The position numbers and the translations under genes were made by a program. Shown here in pieces: positions 28,690-38,704 of a DNA stretch of 64,000 nucleotides. The stretch lies in the NCBI GenBank assembly GCA_040391295.1, contig JBEBYB010000006.1, forward strand, positions 16 through 64,015, read 5' to 3'. Below the pieces are notes generated by a model that was not told where the DNA came from, did no database searches, and saw nothing but the letters and a program-made list of their open reading frames with translations. This stretch comes from Phenylobacterium sp. Lineage in GTDB: Bacteria > Pseudomonadota > Alphaproteobacteria > Caulobacterales > Caulobacteraceae. How positions within the stretch are numbered: the stretch's first letter is position 1; each line of letters begins with the position of its first letter.

Positions 28690-30506
28690 AGGCGCTCAAC
28701 GACTTCGTCGTCAAGTTCGCGAACGTAAACGGGTCTGGATCGGCGAGCGCCAACGGCATGTTCGCCAAGGCGATCCTGCGGATGGGGGTGCCGGTCGCGG
28801 CCCGCAACATCTTCCCGTCGAACATCCAGGGCCTGCCCACCTGGTTCGAGGTGCGGATCACCGAGGCCGGTCACCTGGGCCGCCGGGGCGGCGTGGACCT
28901 GATGGTCGCGATGAACCCGCAGACCTGGGATCGCGACGTCGCCGAGATCGAGCCGGGCGGCTACCTCTTCTACGACTCCACGAAACCGCTGCCGCCGTCC
29001 AAGTTCCGCGACGACATCACCGTGGTCGGCGTGCCGCTGACCGCCATATGCAACGCGGCCTACCAACTGCCGCGCGAGCGACAGCTGTTCAAGAACATCA
29101 TCTATGTCGGCGCGCTCGCCGCCCTGCTGGACATCGAGCTCGGCGTTATCGAGACCCTGCTGGCCGAACAGTTCGCCGGTCGAGATCGGCTGATCGCCGC
29201 CAACATCGCGGCCCTGCATATGGGCCGCGACTACGTCGCCGAAAACCTTAAACCTCTGCGCCTGCGCGTTCGCCGCGCCGACCAGATCGGCGACCGGATC
29301 TATGTGGAGGGCAACGCCGCCGCCGCCCTGGGCGCCGTCTATGGCGGAGCTAGCGTCTGCGCCTGGTATCCGATCACGCCCTCGACCTCGCTGGCCGAAG
29401 CCTTCACCGGCTATTGCGAGGACCTGCGCATCGAGCCCGGCACCGACAAGGCCCGTTACGCCATCGTCCAGGCCGAGGACGAGATCGCGTCCATAGGCAT
29501 CGTCATCGGCGCCGGCTGGAACGGCGCGCGAGCGTTCACCGCCACGTCCGGCCCCGGCATCTCACTGATGACCGAGTTCATCGGCCTCTCCTATTTCGCT
29601 GAAATTCCGGCGGTGATCTTCGACGTTCAGCGCGGGGGTCCCTCGACCGGCATGCCGACCCGGACCCAGCAGGCCGACCTGCTCGCGGCCGCCTATGCCG
29701 GGCACGGAGACTCCAAGCACCCGCTGCTGCTGCCGGCCGACCCGGGCGAGTGCTTTGAGATGGGCAGCCTGGCCTTCGATCTCGCCGACCGGCTGCAGAC
29801 CACGATCTTCGTCATGCTCGACCTCGATATCGGCATGAACGAGTGGCTGACCAAGCCCTTCGAATGGGACGATGAGCGCAAGCTCGATCGCGGCAAGGTC
29901 ATGACCTATGACGACCTTGAGGCCGGGCGCGACTTTGGCCGGTATCTGGAGGTCGACGGCGACGGTATCGCCTACCGCACCTATCCCGGCACCCACCCGA
30001 CCAAGGGCGGCTATTTCACCCGCGGCACCTCGCGCAATCCTTACGCCCGCTACAGTGAGGAGGGCTCGGTCTATGTCGGCAACATGGAGCGGCTGCTGCG
30101 CAAGTTCGACACCGCGCGCAGTCTGGTCCCCGCCCCCATCCGCCGCGACGCCAAACGCGCCACCCGCGACGGGGTGATCTTCTTCGGCTCCAGCACCCCG
30201 GCCGTCCACGAGGCGCTGGACGACCTGGAGCACCGCGGCCTGCACCTCGACGCCCTGCGTGTCCGCGCCTTCCCCTTCCCCGACGAGGTGTTCGCCTTCA
30301 TCGCCGCCCACGACCGAATCTTCGTGATCGAACAGAACCGTGACGGTCAACTCCGCTCGCTGCTGATCAACGAGGGCGACGTCGATCCATCGCGCCTCAC
30401 CGCCGTCCTGCACTACGACGGCACCCCGATCACCGCCCGCTTCATCGCCAGCACGGTGCAAGGGTTGATGGCCGACCGGACGCCGATCCACGAGGCCGCC
30501 GAATGA
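28680..30506 (+). CDS. korA: 2-oxoacid:ferredoxin (acceptor) oxidoreductase alpha subunit (gamma-alpha fusion)
   Basis: True start ATG 28680 (MPLEALNDFVVKFANVNGSGS...) overlaps the upstream stop by 10 nt. Substrate specificity (2-oxoglutarate versus pyruvate) cannot be told from the sequence. Confidence 0.88.
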   Translation: MPLEALNDFVVKFANVNGSGSASANGMFAKAILRMGVPVAARNIFPSNIQGLPTWFEVRITEAGHLGRRGGVDLMVAMNPQTWDRDVAEIEPGGYLFYDSTKPLPPSKFRDDITVVGVPLTAICNAAYQLPRERQLFKNIIYVGALAALLDIELGVIETLLAEQFAGRDRLIAANIAALHMGRDYVAENLKPLRLRVRRADQIGDRIYVEGNAAAALGAVYGGASVCAWYPITPSTSLAEAFTGYCEDLRIEPGTDKARYAIVQAEDEIASIGIVIGAGWNGARAFTATSGPGISLMTEFIGLSYFAEIPAVIFDVQRGGPSTGMPTRTQQADLLAAAYAGHGDSKHPLLLPADPGECFEMGSLAFDLADRLQTTIFVMLDLDIGMNEWLTKPFEWDDERKLDRGKVMTYDDLEAGRDFGRYLEVDGDGIAYRTYPGTHPTKGGYFTRGTSRNPYARYSEEGSVYVGNMERLLRKFDTARSLVPAPIRRDAKRATRDGVIFFGSSTPAVHEALDDLEHRGLHLDALRVRAFPFPDEVFAFIAAHDRIFVIEQNRDGQLRSLLINEGDVDPSRLTAVLHYDGTPITARFIASTVQGLMADRTPIHEAAE

Positions 30507-31558
30507 CCTACATCACCAAGCCCCAGCTGCATCACCCTCTACTTAAGCCCAACGCGCTGGGCTTCACCCGGCGCGACTACGAGGGTTCGGTCTCCACCCT
30601 CTGCGCCGGCTGCGGCCACGACTCGATCTCGGCCGCGATCATCCAGGCCTGCTACGAACTGGACCTGCCGCCGCACCGGATCGCCAAGCTGTCGGGGATC
30701 GGCTGCTCGTCAAAGACCCCGGACTATTTCCTCGGCAACTCCCACGGCTTCAACACCGTGCACGGCCGCATGCCCTCAGTGCTGACCGGCGCCAACCTCG
30801 CCAATCGCGACCTGATCTATCTGGGCGTCTCGGGCGACGGGGACTCGGCCTCGATCGGGCTTGGCCAGTTCGCCCACTCGATCCGGCGCGGCGTGAACAT
30901 GCTCTACATCGTCGAGAACAACGGGGTTTACGGCCTGACCAAGGGCCAGTTCTCCGCGACGTCGGACAAGGGTTCGAAGTCCAAGAAGGGCGTGATCAAC
31001 CACGACGCCGGCATCGACCTGGTCAGCCTGGCGCTGCAAATGGGCGCCACCTTCGTGGCCCGCTCGTTCTCCGGCGACAAGGCCCAGCTCGTCCCGCTGA
31101 TCAAGGCGGCGCTGAGCCATCGCGGCGCGGCCTTCATCGACTGCGTTAGCCCCTGCGTGCAGTTCAACAACCACGCCGGCTCCACCAAGTCCTACGACTA
31201 TGTCCGCGAGCACAACGAGGCGGTGAACCAGATGGACGTCATCCCACATCGCGACACCATCACCGTCGACTACCGGCCAGGCGAGACCGTACCGGTCACC
31301 CAGCACGACGGCTCCATCCTGCAACTGCACAAGCTGGCCGAGCACTACGATCCTTCCGACCGCGTCGGAGCGCTCGCCTATCTCCAGTCCCGCCAGGCGC
31401 TCGGCGAGATCGTCACCGGCCTGCTATTCCTGGATCCCGAGGCCCGCGACCTGCATGAAAACCTCGGCACGGTCGAGGCCCCGCTCAACACCCTCACCGA
31501 GCGCGAGTTGACGCCTGGGGCCGCGGCGCTCGCCAGGGTCAACGCAGCCTTGCGCTAG
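30503..31558 (+). CDS. korB: 2-oxoacid:ferredoxin oxidoreductase beta subunit (TPP-binding)
   Basis: 351 aa with the CAGCGH cluster ligands and the GDGD TPP motif. 4-nt overlap with korA. Confidence 0.9.
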   Translation: MTYITKPQLHHPLLKPNALGFTRRDYEGSVSTLCAGCGHDSISAAIIQACYELDLPPHRIAKLSGIGCSSKTPDYFLGNSHGFNTVHGRMPSVLTGANLANRDLIYLGVSGDGDSASIGLGQFAHSIRRGVNMLYIVENNGVYGLTKGQFSATSDKGSKSKKGVINHDAGIDLVSLALQMGATFVARSFSGDKAQLVPLIKAALSHRGAAFIDCVSPCVQFNNHAGSTKSYDYVREHNEAVNQMDVIPHRDTITVDYRPGETVPVTQHDGSILQLHKLAEHYDPSDRVGALAYLQSRQALGEIVTGLLFLDPEARDLHENLGTVEAPLNTLTERELTPGAAALARVNAALR

Positions 31559-31614
31559 TCGCGCGAAACGGGCCCAACCGGCCGTAACCTGACCGTCTAC
31601 TCCCGTCGCCCAGC

Positions 31615-32997
31615 GTGGGAGGCAGGGGTTTGACCGGATGGCTTGACCGTCCGGCCGCTGGAAGTGTGCGTCAACGGGAGGCTCCCGTCTTGACCGACTT
31701 TGACCACAAACTCGCACCGCACGAAGTTCGCAGGATCGCCGCCGACGCTTTCGTGTTCGGCTTTCCGCTCGTCTTGGTCGATCTGGTTCGGCGCGCCCAC
31801 CCGGTCGGCGCCAATCAGGTCCTGCACCTGCCCGACGACGCCGCCGACGTGGCGCCCGGGCTTGGCGGCGGCGATCCTCGTCTGGTGCAGTCCAGCGCCT
31901 GGATCGACCTGTCGGCTGGCCCGATGGTCGTCATGCTGCCCCCGGTGGGCAAACGGCGCCTGACCCTAACCCTGGTCGACGCCTGGGGAGACGCGGTGCC
32001 CGGTCTTAAGGTGCTGCAGGATCACGTCGAGGGCCAAAGCCTGATCATCGCCGGCCCCCGGCGGCGGGACGAACTCAAGCCTAGCCTGACGGTGCTACGG
32101 GCCGCGACCGACGCCGTGTGGCTGGTCACCCGACTGGCGGCGGACAGCATCGCCGACCGCGAGGCGGCCCACGCCCTCCTCGCCGGCCAGCGGATCAAAT
32201 CCTACGATGAGGCCAACCCGCCACCGACCTTCGCGCCGCCGATCCTGGAGCCGCCGGCAAGGGCCTCGATCGAAGCGATCGCCAACCTGCCGCCTGAGAT
32301 ATTCCTTCATCGCCTGGCGGTGCTGCTCGCACGTCACCCCCATGCGCGAACGGAGGGCGACCTTAAGGCCTTGGAGCAGGTCGGCGTGACGCCGGGCCGG
32401 CCCTACGTCCCGCCGCCGCATGACAGCAAGGAATACCAGGCTGTCGTCCGCGGGCTGGCCGATGGGCTCGCCAGAATCAAACATGCCGCCAAGCCCGCGC
32501 ACCCGGTTGGCGGTTGGGGTCTGTTGTACGCCCCCGCTCCACACTTCGGCCCTCTGGACCGCGCCGGCGCGGCGATGGCGGGTCTTGGTGCTCCGGCCCC
32601 TGACAGCATCATGCATCTGATCTGCGAGACCGATCACGACGGTCGGCCCCTCAGCGGCGCCGAGCGCTACGAATGCCGTTTTGCGCCAGACGGACAGCCC
32701 CCTGTCGAGGCTTTCTGGTCGTTGTCGCTCCACAACCGTCCGCCACACGGCGAACTTCTGCTGCATCGCTACGCCCTTGGCGACCATGATCGGTTGCAGC
32801 CGGAACCCAATGGGGAGTTGGCCTTGCTGATCCAGCATACGCCGCCCTCGTCAGGCCTGGCCGCCAACTGGCTTCCCTCGCCCTCCGGGGAGTTCGCCGT
32901 CGTTCTCCGGCTGCATGGTCCCCGGGGGCCGGCGCTGGACGGCACCTGGGCTCCCCCACCGCTCCGCCGTGTTGAGGCCGCCGCCAGGCGAGCCTAG
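31615..32997 (+). CDS. DUF1254/DUF1214 domain protein (start uncertain)
   Basis: FVFGFPLV... motif near the N-terminus and a C-terminal YECRF...PPVEAFWSLSL segment. Both are typical of the DUF1254+DUF1214 architecture as recalled. Confidence 0.7.
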   Translation: MGGRGLTGWLDRPAAGSVRQREAPVLTDFDHKLAPHEVRRIAADAFVFGFPLVLVDLVRRAHPVGANQVLHLPDDAADVAPGLGGGDPRLVQSSAWIDLSAGPMVVMLPPVGKRRLTLTLVDAWGDAVPGLKVLQDHVEGQSLIIAGPRRRDELKPSLTVLRAATDAVWLVTRLAADSIADREAAHALLAGQRIKSYDEANPPPTFAPPILEPPARASIEAIANLPPEIFLHRLAVLLARHPHARTEGDLKALEQVGVTPGRPYVPPPHDSKEYQAVVRGLADGLARIKHAAKPAHPVGGWGLLYAPAPHFGPLDRAGAAMAGLGAPAPDSIMHLICETDHDGRPLSGAERYECRFAPDGQPPVEAFWSLSLHNRPPHGELLLHRYALGDHDRLQPEPNGELALLIQHTPPSSGLAANWLPSPSGEFAVVLRLHGPRGPALDGTWAPPPLRRVEAAARRA

Positions 32998-33369
32998 GGT
33001 CAATCGCCGCGCCCACTCGGGCGAAGACCTGATCGTCAGGCCCGCGAAGCGGACTTTCATTATTCGGACCCGGCGCAGCGCCCCCCGTAGCGCCGGGCGG
33101 ATCGGGCGACGCCTGATCTCTCCTCGACCCGGCCCCGCGCGCGCATGGCGTGGGGCCACCTTCGTCTCAACAGGCCAGGTGATGCAGTTTCCACCGCCTC
33201 TTCACGCGACCTCAAAGGCCCCTGGCGCGGCGCTGCTCGCGCTTGGCCCGCCCATGCGGCGCGGGGTGGAAGCCCATGGGCGACTCTATAGGACCGCCTG
33301 CTGGACCGAAGACCTGCGCGCGACCGAGCCCGCGCAGGAGCGCCATGTCCTCGATCTTCGGATTTGACC

Positions 33370-34980
33370 TTAGTTTACGCGCCGAGCCCGCCCTGCCCAA
33401 TACGGCTCCCGCAACTCCCGCCGCAGGATTTTGCCCGAGGCATTGCGGGGCAGGACCTCGATGAAGTCGATGCTCTTGGGGGACTTGAACGCTGCAATGC
33501 GTGAACGTGCGAAGGCGATGATACCCTCAGGATCGGGCGTCGTCCCAGGCTTCAAGACCACAATAGCCTTCACAGCTTCGCCCCAGACGTCGTCGGGCAC
33601 CCCGATCACCGCGACCTCGGCCACGTCCGGGTGTCCGTAGACCGCGCTCTCCACCTCGGCCGGATAGATATTTTCAGCGCCGGAGATGATCATGTCCTTC
33701 ACCCGGTCATGGATGAAGAGATAGCCGTCCTCGTCCAGATAGCCGGCGTCGCCCGTCCGCAACCACCCGTCGTCGCCGACCGTGGCGGCCGTGGCCTCGG
33801 GCAAGCGCCAATAGCCCGCCATGTTGGAGACCGAGCGCACCGCCACCTCGCCGACCGTGTTGGGCGGCAGGCTTGTCCCAGCCTCGTCGACGACCTTCAG
33901 CTCGACACCGGGCATCGGCAGGCCGGCGGCGCGCATTCGCGGCGCCCCGTTCGGATCGTGGTCCTCCGGCGGCAGATAGACGATGGTGCCGCAGGTCTCG
34001 GTCATCCCGTACTGCTGGCAGAAGCCGCAGCCGAAGATCTCCATGCACTCGCGCAGCAGATCCAGCGGGATCGGGCTGGCACCATAGAGGATGTATTTGA
34101 GGCGGCTGTAGTCAACCTCCCGCGCGCGCGGCTGACGCACCACGATTTGCAGCGCCGCCGGCACCATGAACATCTTGGAGATACCGTCCCGCTCGATGAA
34201 ATCGAGCACTTTGGTCGGGTCGAACTCGCGCGCCACCACGCCCTTGGCGCCATTGACCAGCCCGACAATCCCCCAGCCCGTGCCGCCGATGTGCCCAACG
34301 GGCATGGCCACCAGGCTGATGTCGTCCGGCCCCCAGCGGTTCCACGCCATCTCGGCCTCGGCCGCCTTGCGGCGCCCGCCCAGGATGTTCAGGTGGCTCA
34401 GCATCGCCCCTTTCGGCCGCCCGGTCGTACCCGATGTATAAAGTTGGACGGCGACCTCGTGCTCATCGAGGGGCCATTGCGGGTCCTGCGCCGACTGAGC
34501 GTCGCGCCAGGCTTCAAAACTCGGCCAGCCGGGCGGCCCCGGCTCCATAGCCACGATCTTCACGCCTGGGAGTTCGGGGGCGATCTGGATCGCGCAATTC
34601 ACGACCTCGGGACCAACGAACAGCATCTTCGCCTCGGCGTCGCCGGCGATGTAGGCGACCTCCGGCGGTGCGAGACGCCACCCGATCGGGGCCATCACCA
34701 CCCCGATCTTGGTCGCGCCGAACAGCAGCTCGAAATAGTGGTCGCTGTTCTTGCCCAGATAGGCGATGCGGTCGCCCTTCTTGAGCCCCTCGGCGAGCAG
34801 GGCTTGGGCCGCCTGGTTGGTCCGCCGGTCGAACTCGGCGAAGCTGGTTTCTCGTCCCTCGAACACCAGCGCCGTCGCCGCAGGCCGCCGCTGGGCGTGA
34901 TAACGCGGCACGTCGGCCAAGGTCCTCATGGCCTCGAAGTCGATGGTCTGGTCGGGTTGTTCTGTCGTGGCCAATGCCAT
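33370..34980 (-). CDS. acyl-CoA synthetase (AMP-forming, long/medium-chain fatty-acid CoA ligase-like)
   Basis: Start at ATG 34980 (MALATTEQ...). AMP-binding motif YTSGTTGRPKGA and C-terminal GKILRREL. Confidence 0.9.
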   Translation of the reverse strand: MALATTEQPDQTIDFEAMRTLADVPRYHAQRRPAATALVFEGRETSFAEFDRRTNQAAQALLAEGLKKGDRIAYLGKNSDHYFELLFGATKIGVVMAPIGWRLAPPEVAYIAGDAEAKMLFVGPEVVNCAIQIAPELPGVKIVAMEPGPPGWPSFEAWRDAQSAQDPQWPLDEHEVAVQLYTSGTTGRPKGAMLSHLNILGGRRKAAEAEMAWNRWGPDDISLVAMPVGHIGGTGWGIVGLVNGAKGVVAREFDPTKVLDFIERDGISKMFMVPAALQIVVRQPRAREVDYSRLKYILYGASPIPLDLLRECMEIFGCGFCQQYGMTETCGTIVYLPPEDHDPNGAPRMRAAGLPMPGVELKVVDEAGTSLPPNTVGEVAVRSVSNMAGYWRLPEATAATVGDDGWLRTGDAGYLDEDGYLFIHDRVKDMIISGAENIYPAEVESAVYGHPDVAEVAVIGVPDDVWGEAVKAIVVLKPGTTPDPEGIIAFARSRIAAFKSPKSIDFIEVLPRNASGKILRRELREPYWAGRARRVN

Positions 34981-34993
34981 CAGGCGTCCCTTC

Positions 34994-36178
34994 TCAAAGG
35001 CCCAACACCAGGCGGGCGATGATGTCCCGCTGGATCTCGTTCGAGCCGCCATAGATCGTGGCGGCTCGGTCGTTCAGGTATCGCGGCATGGCCGTCAAAG
35101 CGCCTGCCGGTCCTATGGGCGGAACGTTCGAACCTGGCTGCCGGGCGTCGGGTTGGTCGGCCCCGCCGTAGAATCCCGCCGTTTCCAGCGCCAGTTCATC
35201 GACCATCTGCAGGGCCTCGGCCCCCTGCGCCTTCAGCATCGAGGACGCAGGTCCAGGATTGGCCCCGGACGCCAGGGCGGCCAGGGTTCGCTGCTCGGCG
35301 ATTTCGATGGCGGTCACCGCGATCTCCGCCGCCATCAGCTTGGCGCGGAAGGCCGCCTCGGTCAGGAGCCCAGCCTCCCAGGCTAGGTCGCGCACCCGTT
35401 CAAGCATGACCTGGAGCCCCGGCGCCGAACTGCCGCCCCGCTCGAACTCCAGCAAGTATTTGGCGACCGTCCAGCCCTTGTTCTCTTCGCCGACCCGGCC
35501 GGAGACCGGGACCCGAACATCTTCGAAGAACACTTCGTTGACCTCGTGCTCGCCGGCCAGGGTGATGATCGGGCGAACACGAATGCCCGGCGTGGACATG
35601 TCCAGCAGCAAGAAGGTGATCCCCGCCTGCGGTTTGCCGGTGGTGTCGGTCCGGACCAGGCAGAACATGCGGTTGGCCCAATGGGCGTGGGTGGTCCACA
35701 GCTTGGAGCCCGACAGCACGTAGTCGTCGCCGTCGCGCACCGCCCGCAGCCCGAGCGCCGCCAGGTCCGAGCCGGCCTGAGGCTCCGAATAGCCCTGGCA
35801 CCAATAGTCCTCGCCCGAGAGGATCCGTGGCAGGTAGTGCGCCTTCTGCTCGGGCGTGCCGAAGCCCATGATCACCGGTCCGACCATCCGCAGGCCCATG
35901 GGCGCGAGGCCCGGCGCCCCGGCCCGCGCGCACTCGGCGGCGAAGATATGCCGCTGCATCACATCCCAGCCTGGCCCGCCGTATTCGACGGGCCAACTGG
36001 GCGCGGCCCAACCCCTGGCATGCAGGATCTTCTGCCAGGGCAGGCTGTGGCGCTTGTCGGTGAAGACGCTGGTCGCCCGGCGCCCGACCTCACGCAGTTC
36101 CGGGGTCAGCGAGGCGTCGAGGAAGGCGCGCACCTCGTCGCGAAACGCCAACTCCTCATTTGTGAGATCGAGGTTCAC
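34994..36178 (-). CDS. acyl-CoA dehydrogenase
   Basis: 394 aa. ACAD fold motifs (YWCQGYSEPQAGSDLA, GSKLWTT, IYGGSNEIQRDI). 13-bp gap to the ligase gene. Confidence 0.9.
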   Translation of the reverse strand: MNLDLTNEELAFRDEVRAFLDASLTPELREVGRRATSVFTDKRHSLPWQKILHARGWAAPSWPVEYGGPGWDVMQRHIFAAECARAGAPGLAPMGLRMVGPVIMGFGTPEQKAHYLPRILSGEDYWCQGYSEPQAGSDLAALGLRAVRDGDDYVLSGSKLWTTHAHWANRMFCLVRTDTTGKPQAGITFLLLDMSTPGIRVRPIITLAGEHEVNEVFFEDVRVPVSGRVGEENKGWTVAKYLLEFERGGSSAPGLQVMLERVRDLAWEAGLLTEAAFRAKLMAAEIAVTAIEIAEQRTLAALASGANPGPASSMLKAQGAEALQMVDELALETAGFYGGADQPDARQPGSNVPPIGPAGALTAMPRYLNDRAATIYGGSNEIQRDIIARLVLGL

Positions 36179-36188
36179 CGGCCGCCCC

Positions 36189-38555
36189 CTAGAACTTAGC
36201 CCTCAAGGTGAGGCCATAGGTCCGCGGCGGGGCCAGGAAGGTGGCGAATGTCCCGGTCTGCAGCGGCTGGTCCACGACCACCTGGTGATAGTCCTCGTTG
36301 GTCAGGTTCTGCGACCACAGTTCAGCCGACCAGCGCTTGTCGGGCGAGCCCAGCACGACCCGTGCATTGACCAGGGTCATCGGCTTCTGAGACTTCAGCG
36401 GATCGAGGTTCGAACCGGTGTTGTACTCCGAGGTGTACTTGGCCGAGATGCTGGCGCGGAACTCCAGATTATCGCTGATCGGGGTCTCATAGCTGACCGT
36501 CCCGGCGCCCGACCACAGCGGGGCGTATGACAGGCGGGTGTTCGGCAGGCGCGGTGAAACGCCGGGCGGTGGGACAAAGTCCCCGAACTGGGTTTCAGCG
36601 TAGGTCACCCCGCCGGTGAAGCTGAGGCCCTTGAGCGGCGTGCGCCACATCAGGTCGAAGTCGACCCCGCGCGAGACGACTTCCGGGATCGAGGCCACCA
36701 GCCAGCTGATCCCCGTATAGGTGTTGAGCTGGAAATCCTCAAAGGTCTGGTGGAAGATCGTGGCGTTGGCCACCAGCCCGTAACCAAGCGTGTTGGTCTT
36801 CACGCCAAGTTCGTAGCTGGTCACCGTCTCGGCCGGGAAACTGGTGTCCGGGTCGATCACCCCGATGGCGCGGCGCGAGCGATCCAGATTGAAGCCGCCG
36901 CTCTTGAAGCCCTCGGCGTAGGACGCATAGGCCATGATCCCCTCGTTGAACCGGTAGGCGGCCTTCAACGTACCGCCCCAACGGCCCTCGCCCTGCTTCT
37001 GGTGGGTGGTCGCATTGTCAAAGGCGGGGTCGGAGTGCGGCGCGCAGAGCGCGGAGCGAGCTTGCGGCGGAATCGGCCGGGCGATGGCCGCCGCGCAGGC
37101 CGCCGCGGGAACCGAGTTGGTGTAGTGGCTGTCGACGGTCTTCTCATCGTCGGAGTAGCGCAGGCCCAGCGTCAGCTCGAGGGCGTCAGTCACCTTCCAG
37201 CTGTTGTTGGTGAACAGCGCCCAGCCCTTGGAGCTGTGGTCGAAGCTGTCGCGCGGCCCCTGGCCGGCCGGGAAGTTCGTGCCGGGCGGCAGGCCCGTCA
37301 GCGCCGAGACCAAGGTCGGATTGGCTCCCTGCGAGAGCAGAAGGCTGAAATATGGCTCATAGGCGCTGCCGAACGTTGTGGCGGACCGGGCCCGCAAGGC
37401 TTCGTCGGAATAGAAGAAGCCGACCAGCCAGTTCACCTTCTCGGTCGCACCCGCCAGCCGCAGTTCCTGCGACAGCGTCTTGATCTGGCTGAAACTCGAA
37501 CCGTCGGTGTCGCGATACCAGATGTCGGCCGAGGAGAAATCGATGTCCGAGCCGTTCTCGGCCCGCCACTCGCGATAGGCGGTGATCGAGGTCAGCGAGA
37601 TATTCTCGTTGATGTCCCAGTCGAGCTGAGCCGAAACGCCCCGGTCGCTGATCTTGGAGCCCATGTCGCGGTTGGCGTTCGCCACGCGGTCAAAGGGATT
37701 GGGCGGGCGGATCACGCCATTGTCGGCGGCCAGGGCGTCAACCAGCGGCGCGGTTGGACCCGCGACGGTGACGAAGTTGACGCAGCAGTGCTCGTCACGC
37801 TCTGACAGGTCAGCCAACACCTTCACGACCACGGCGTCGGTGGGGGCGATCAGCAACTGGCCCCGCACGGTGTAGTAGTTCTGGTCGGTGTCGTCCGTCC
37901 GCGTCCGGGGTCCCGCGCCGACCAGGACGTCGGCGAAGCCGTCACGCTCGCGCTTGGCGACATAGAGGCGGCCAGCCATCAGATCGCCGGCGATCGGGCC
38001 GGTCACGCTGGCCGACAGGCCACGCGCGCCGTAGTTGCCGAAGGTCAGCTCGGCGTCGGCCCCGAACTCAAATGACGGCGGCTTGGTGATGACGTTGATG
38101 ACGCCGGCCGAGGTGTTCTTGCCAAACAGCGTGCCCTGCGGACCCTTCAGGATTTCGACCCGTTCGAGCTCGCCAAGATCGCCGAAGGCGACGCTGCTGC
38201 GCGAGCGATAGACGCCGTCGATGACCGTGCCGACCGACGATTCCAGGCCCGGATTGTCGCCGATGGTGCCGACACCGCGGATTCGCGCGGAGGTCTGAGC
38301 CTCGCTGGTCGATGAGGTGACACTGAGGCCGGGAGCCAGGACCTGAAGATCCTTGATGTCGCGAACGCCGGCGTCCTGCAACTGGCGCTGCGGCAACGTC
38401 GTGACGACGACGGGCACGTCTTGCAGATTCTGCTCGCGTTTCTGGGCGGTGACCACCAGTTCGGCGACCATGCCGGCATCCTGGGCGACAGCTGGCCCCG
38501 CCGCGCAGGCAGCCGCCAAAATCGCCCATGAGGCGTTGCGCATCATATGTTTCAT
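36189..38555 (-). CDS. TonB-dependent receptor
   Basis: Start at ATG 38555, preceded by GGGAGGGA. Signal peptide ...AAGPAVAQD, a plug domain, a 22-strand-type barrel and a C-terminal ...LTLRAKF. 10-bp gap to the ACAD gene. Confidence 0.9.
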   Translation of the reverse strand: MKHMMRNASWAILAAACAAGPAVAQDAGMVAELVVTAQKREQNLQDVPVVVTTLPQRQLQDAGVRDIKDLQVLAPGLSVTSSTSEAQTSARIRGVGTIGDNPGLESSVGTVIDGVYRSRSSVAFGDLGELERVEILKGPQGTLFGKNTSAGVINVITKPPSFEFGADAELTFGNYGARGLSASVTGPIAGDLMAGRLYVAKRERDGFADVLVGAGPRTRTDDTDQNYYTVRGQLLIAPTDAVVVKVLADLSERDEHCCVNFVTVAGPTAPLVDALAADNGVIRPPNPFDRVANANRDMGSKISDRGVSAQLDWDINENISLTSITAYREWRAENGSDIDFSSADIWYRDTDGSSFSQIKTLSQELRLAGATEKVNWLVGFFYSDEALRARSATTFGSAYEPYFSLLLSQGANPTLVSALTGLPPGTNFPAGQGPRDSFDHSSKGWALFTNNSWKVTDALELTLGLRYSDDEKTVDSHYTNSVPAAACAAAIARPIPPQARSALCAPHSDPAFDNATTHQKQGEGRWGGTLKAAYRFNEGIMAYASYAEGFKSGGFNLDRSRRAIGVIDPDTSFPAETVTSYELGVKTNTLGYGLVANATIFHQTFEDFQLNTYTGISWLVASIPEVVSRGVDFDLMWRTPLKGLSFTGGVTYAETQFGDFVPPPGVSPRLPNTRLSYAPLWSGAGTVSYETPISDNLEFRASISAKYTSEYNTGSNLDPLKSQKPMTLVNARVVLGSPDKRWSAELWSQNLTNEDYHQVVVDQPLQTGTFATFLAPPRTYGLTLRAKF

Positions 38556-38704
38556 CGTCCCTCCCAGCGCCGCCCTTGATTGGCGGCTTGTTATGTCGCG
38601 GCGATCTTGCGCCACGCTGCACCGATGGTTGCGCAACCCCGTCGGGAACGACAAGCTAGCGAAAGTGATAGGATCGCCTCCGCGATCAGGAGATTGGCCG
38701 GCGC

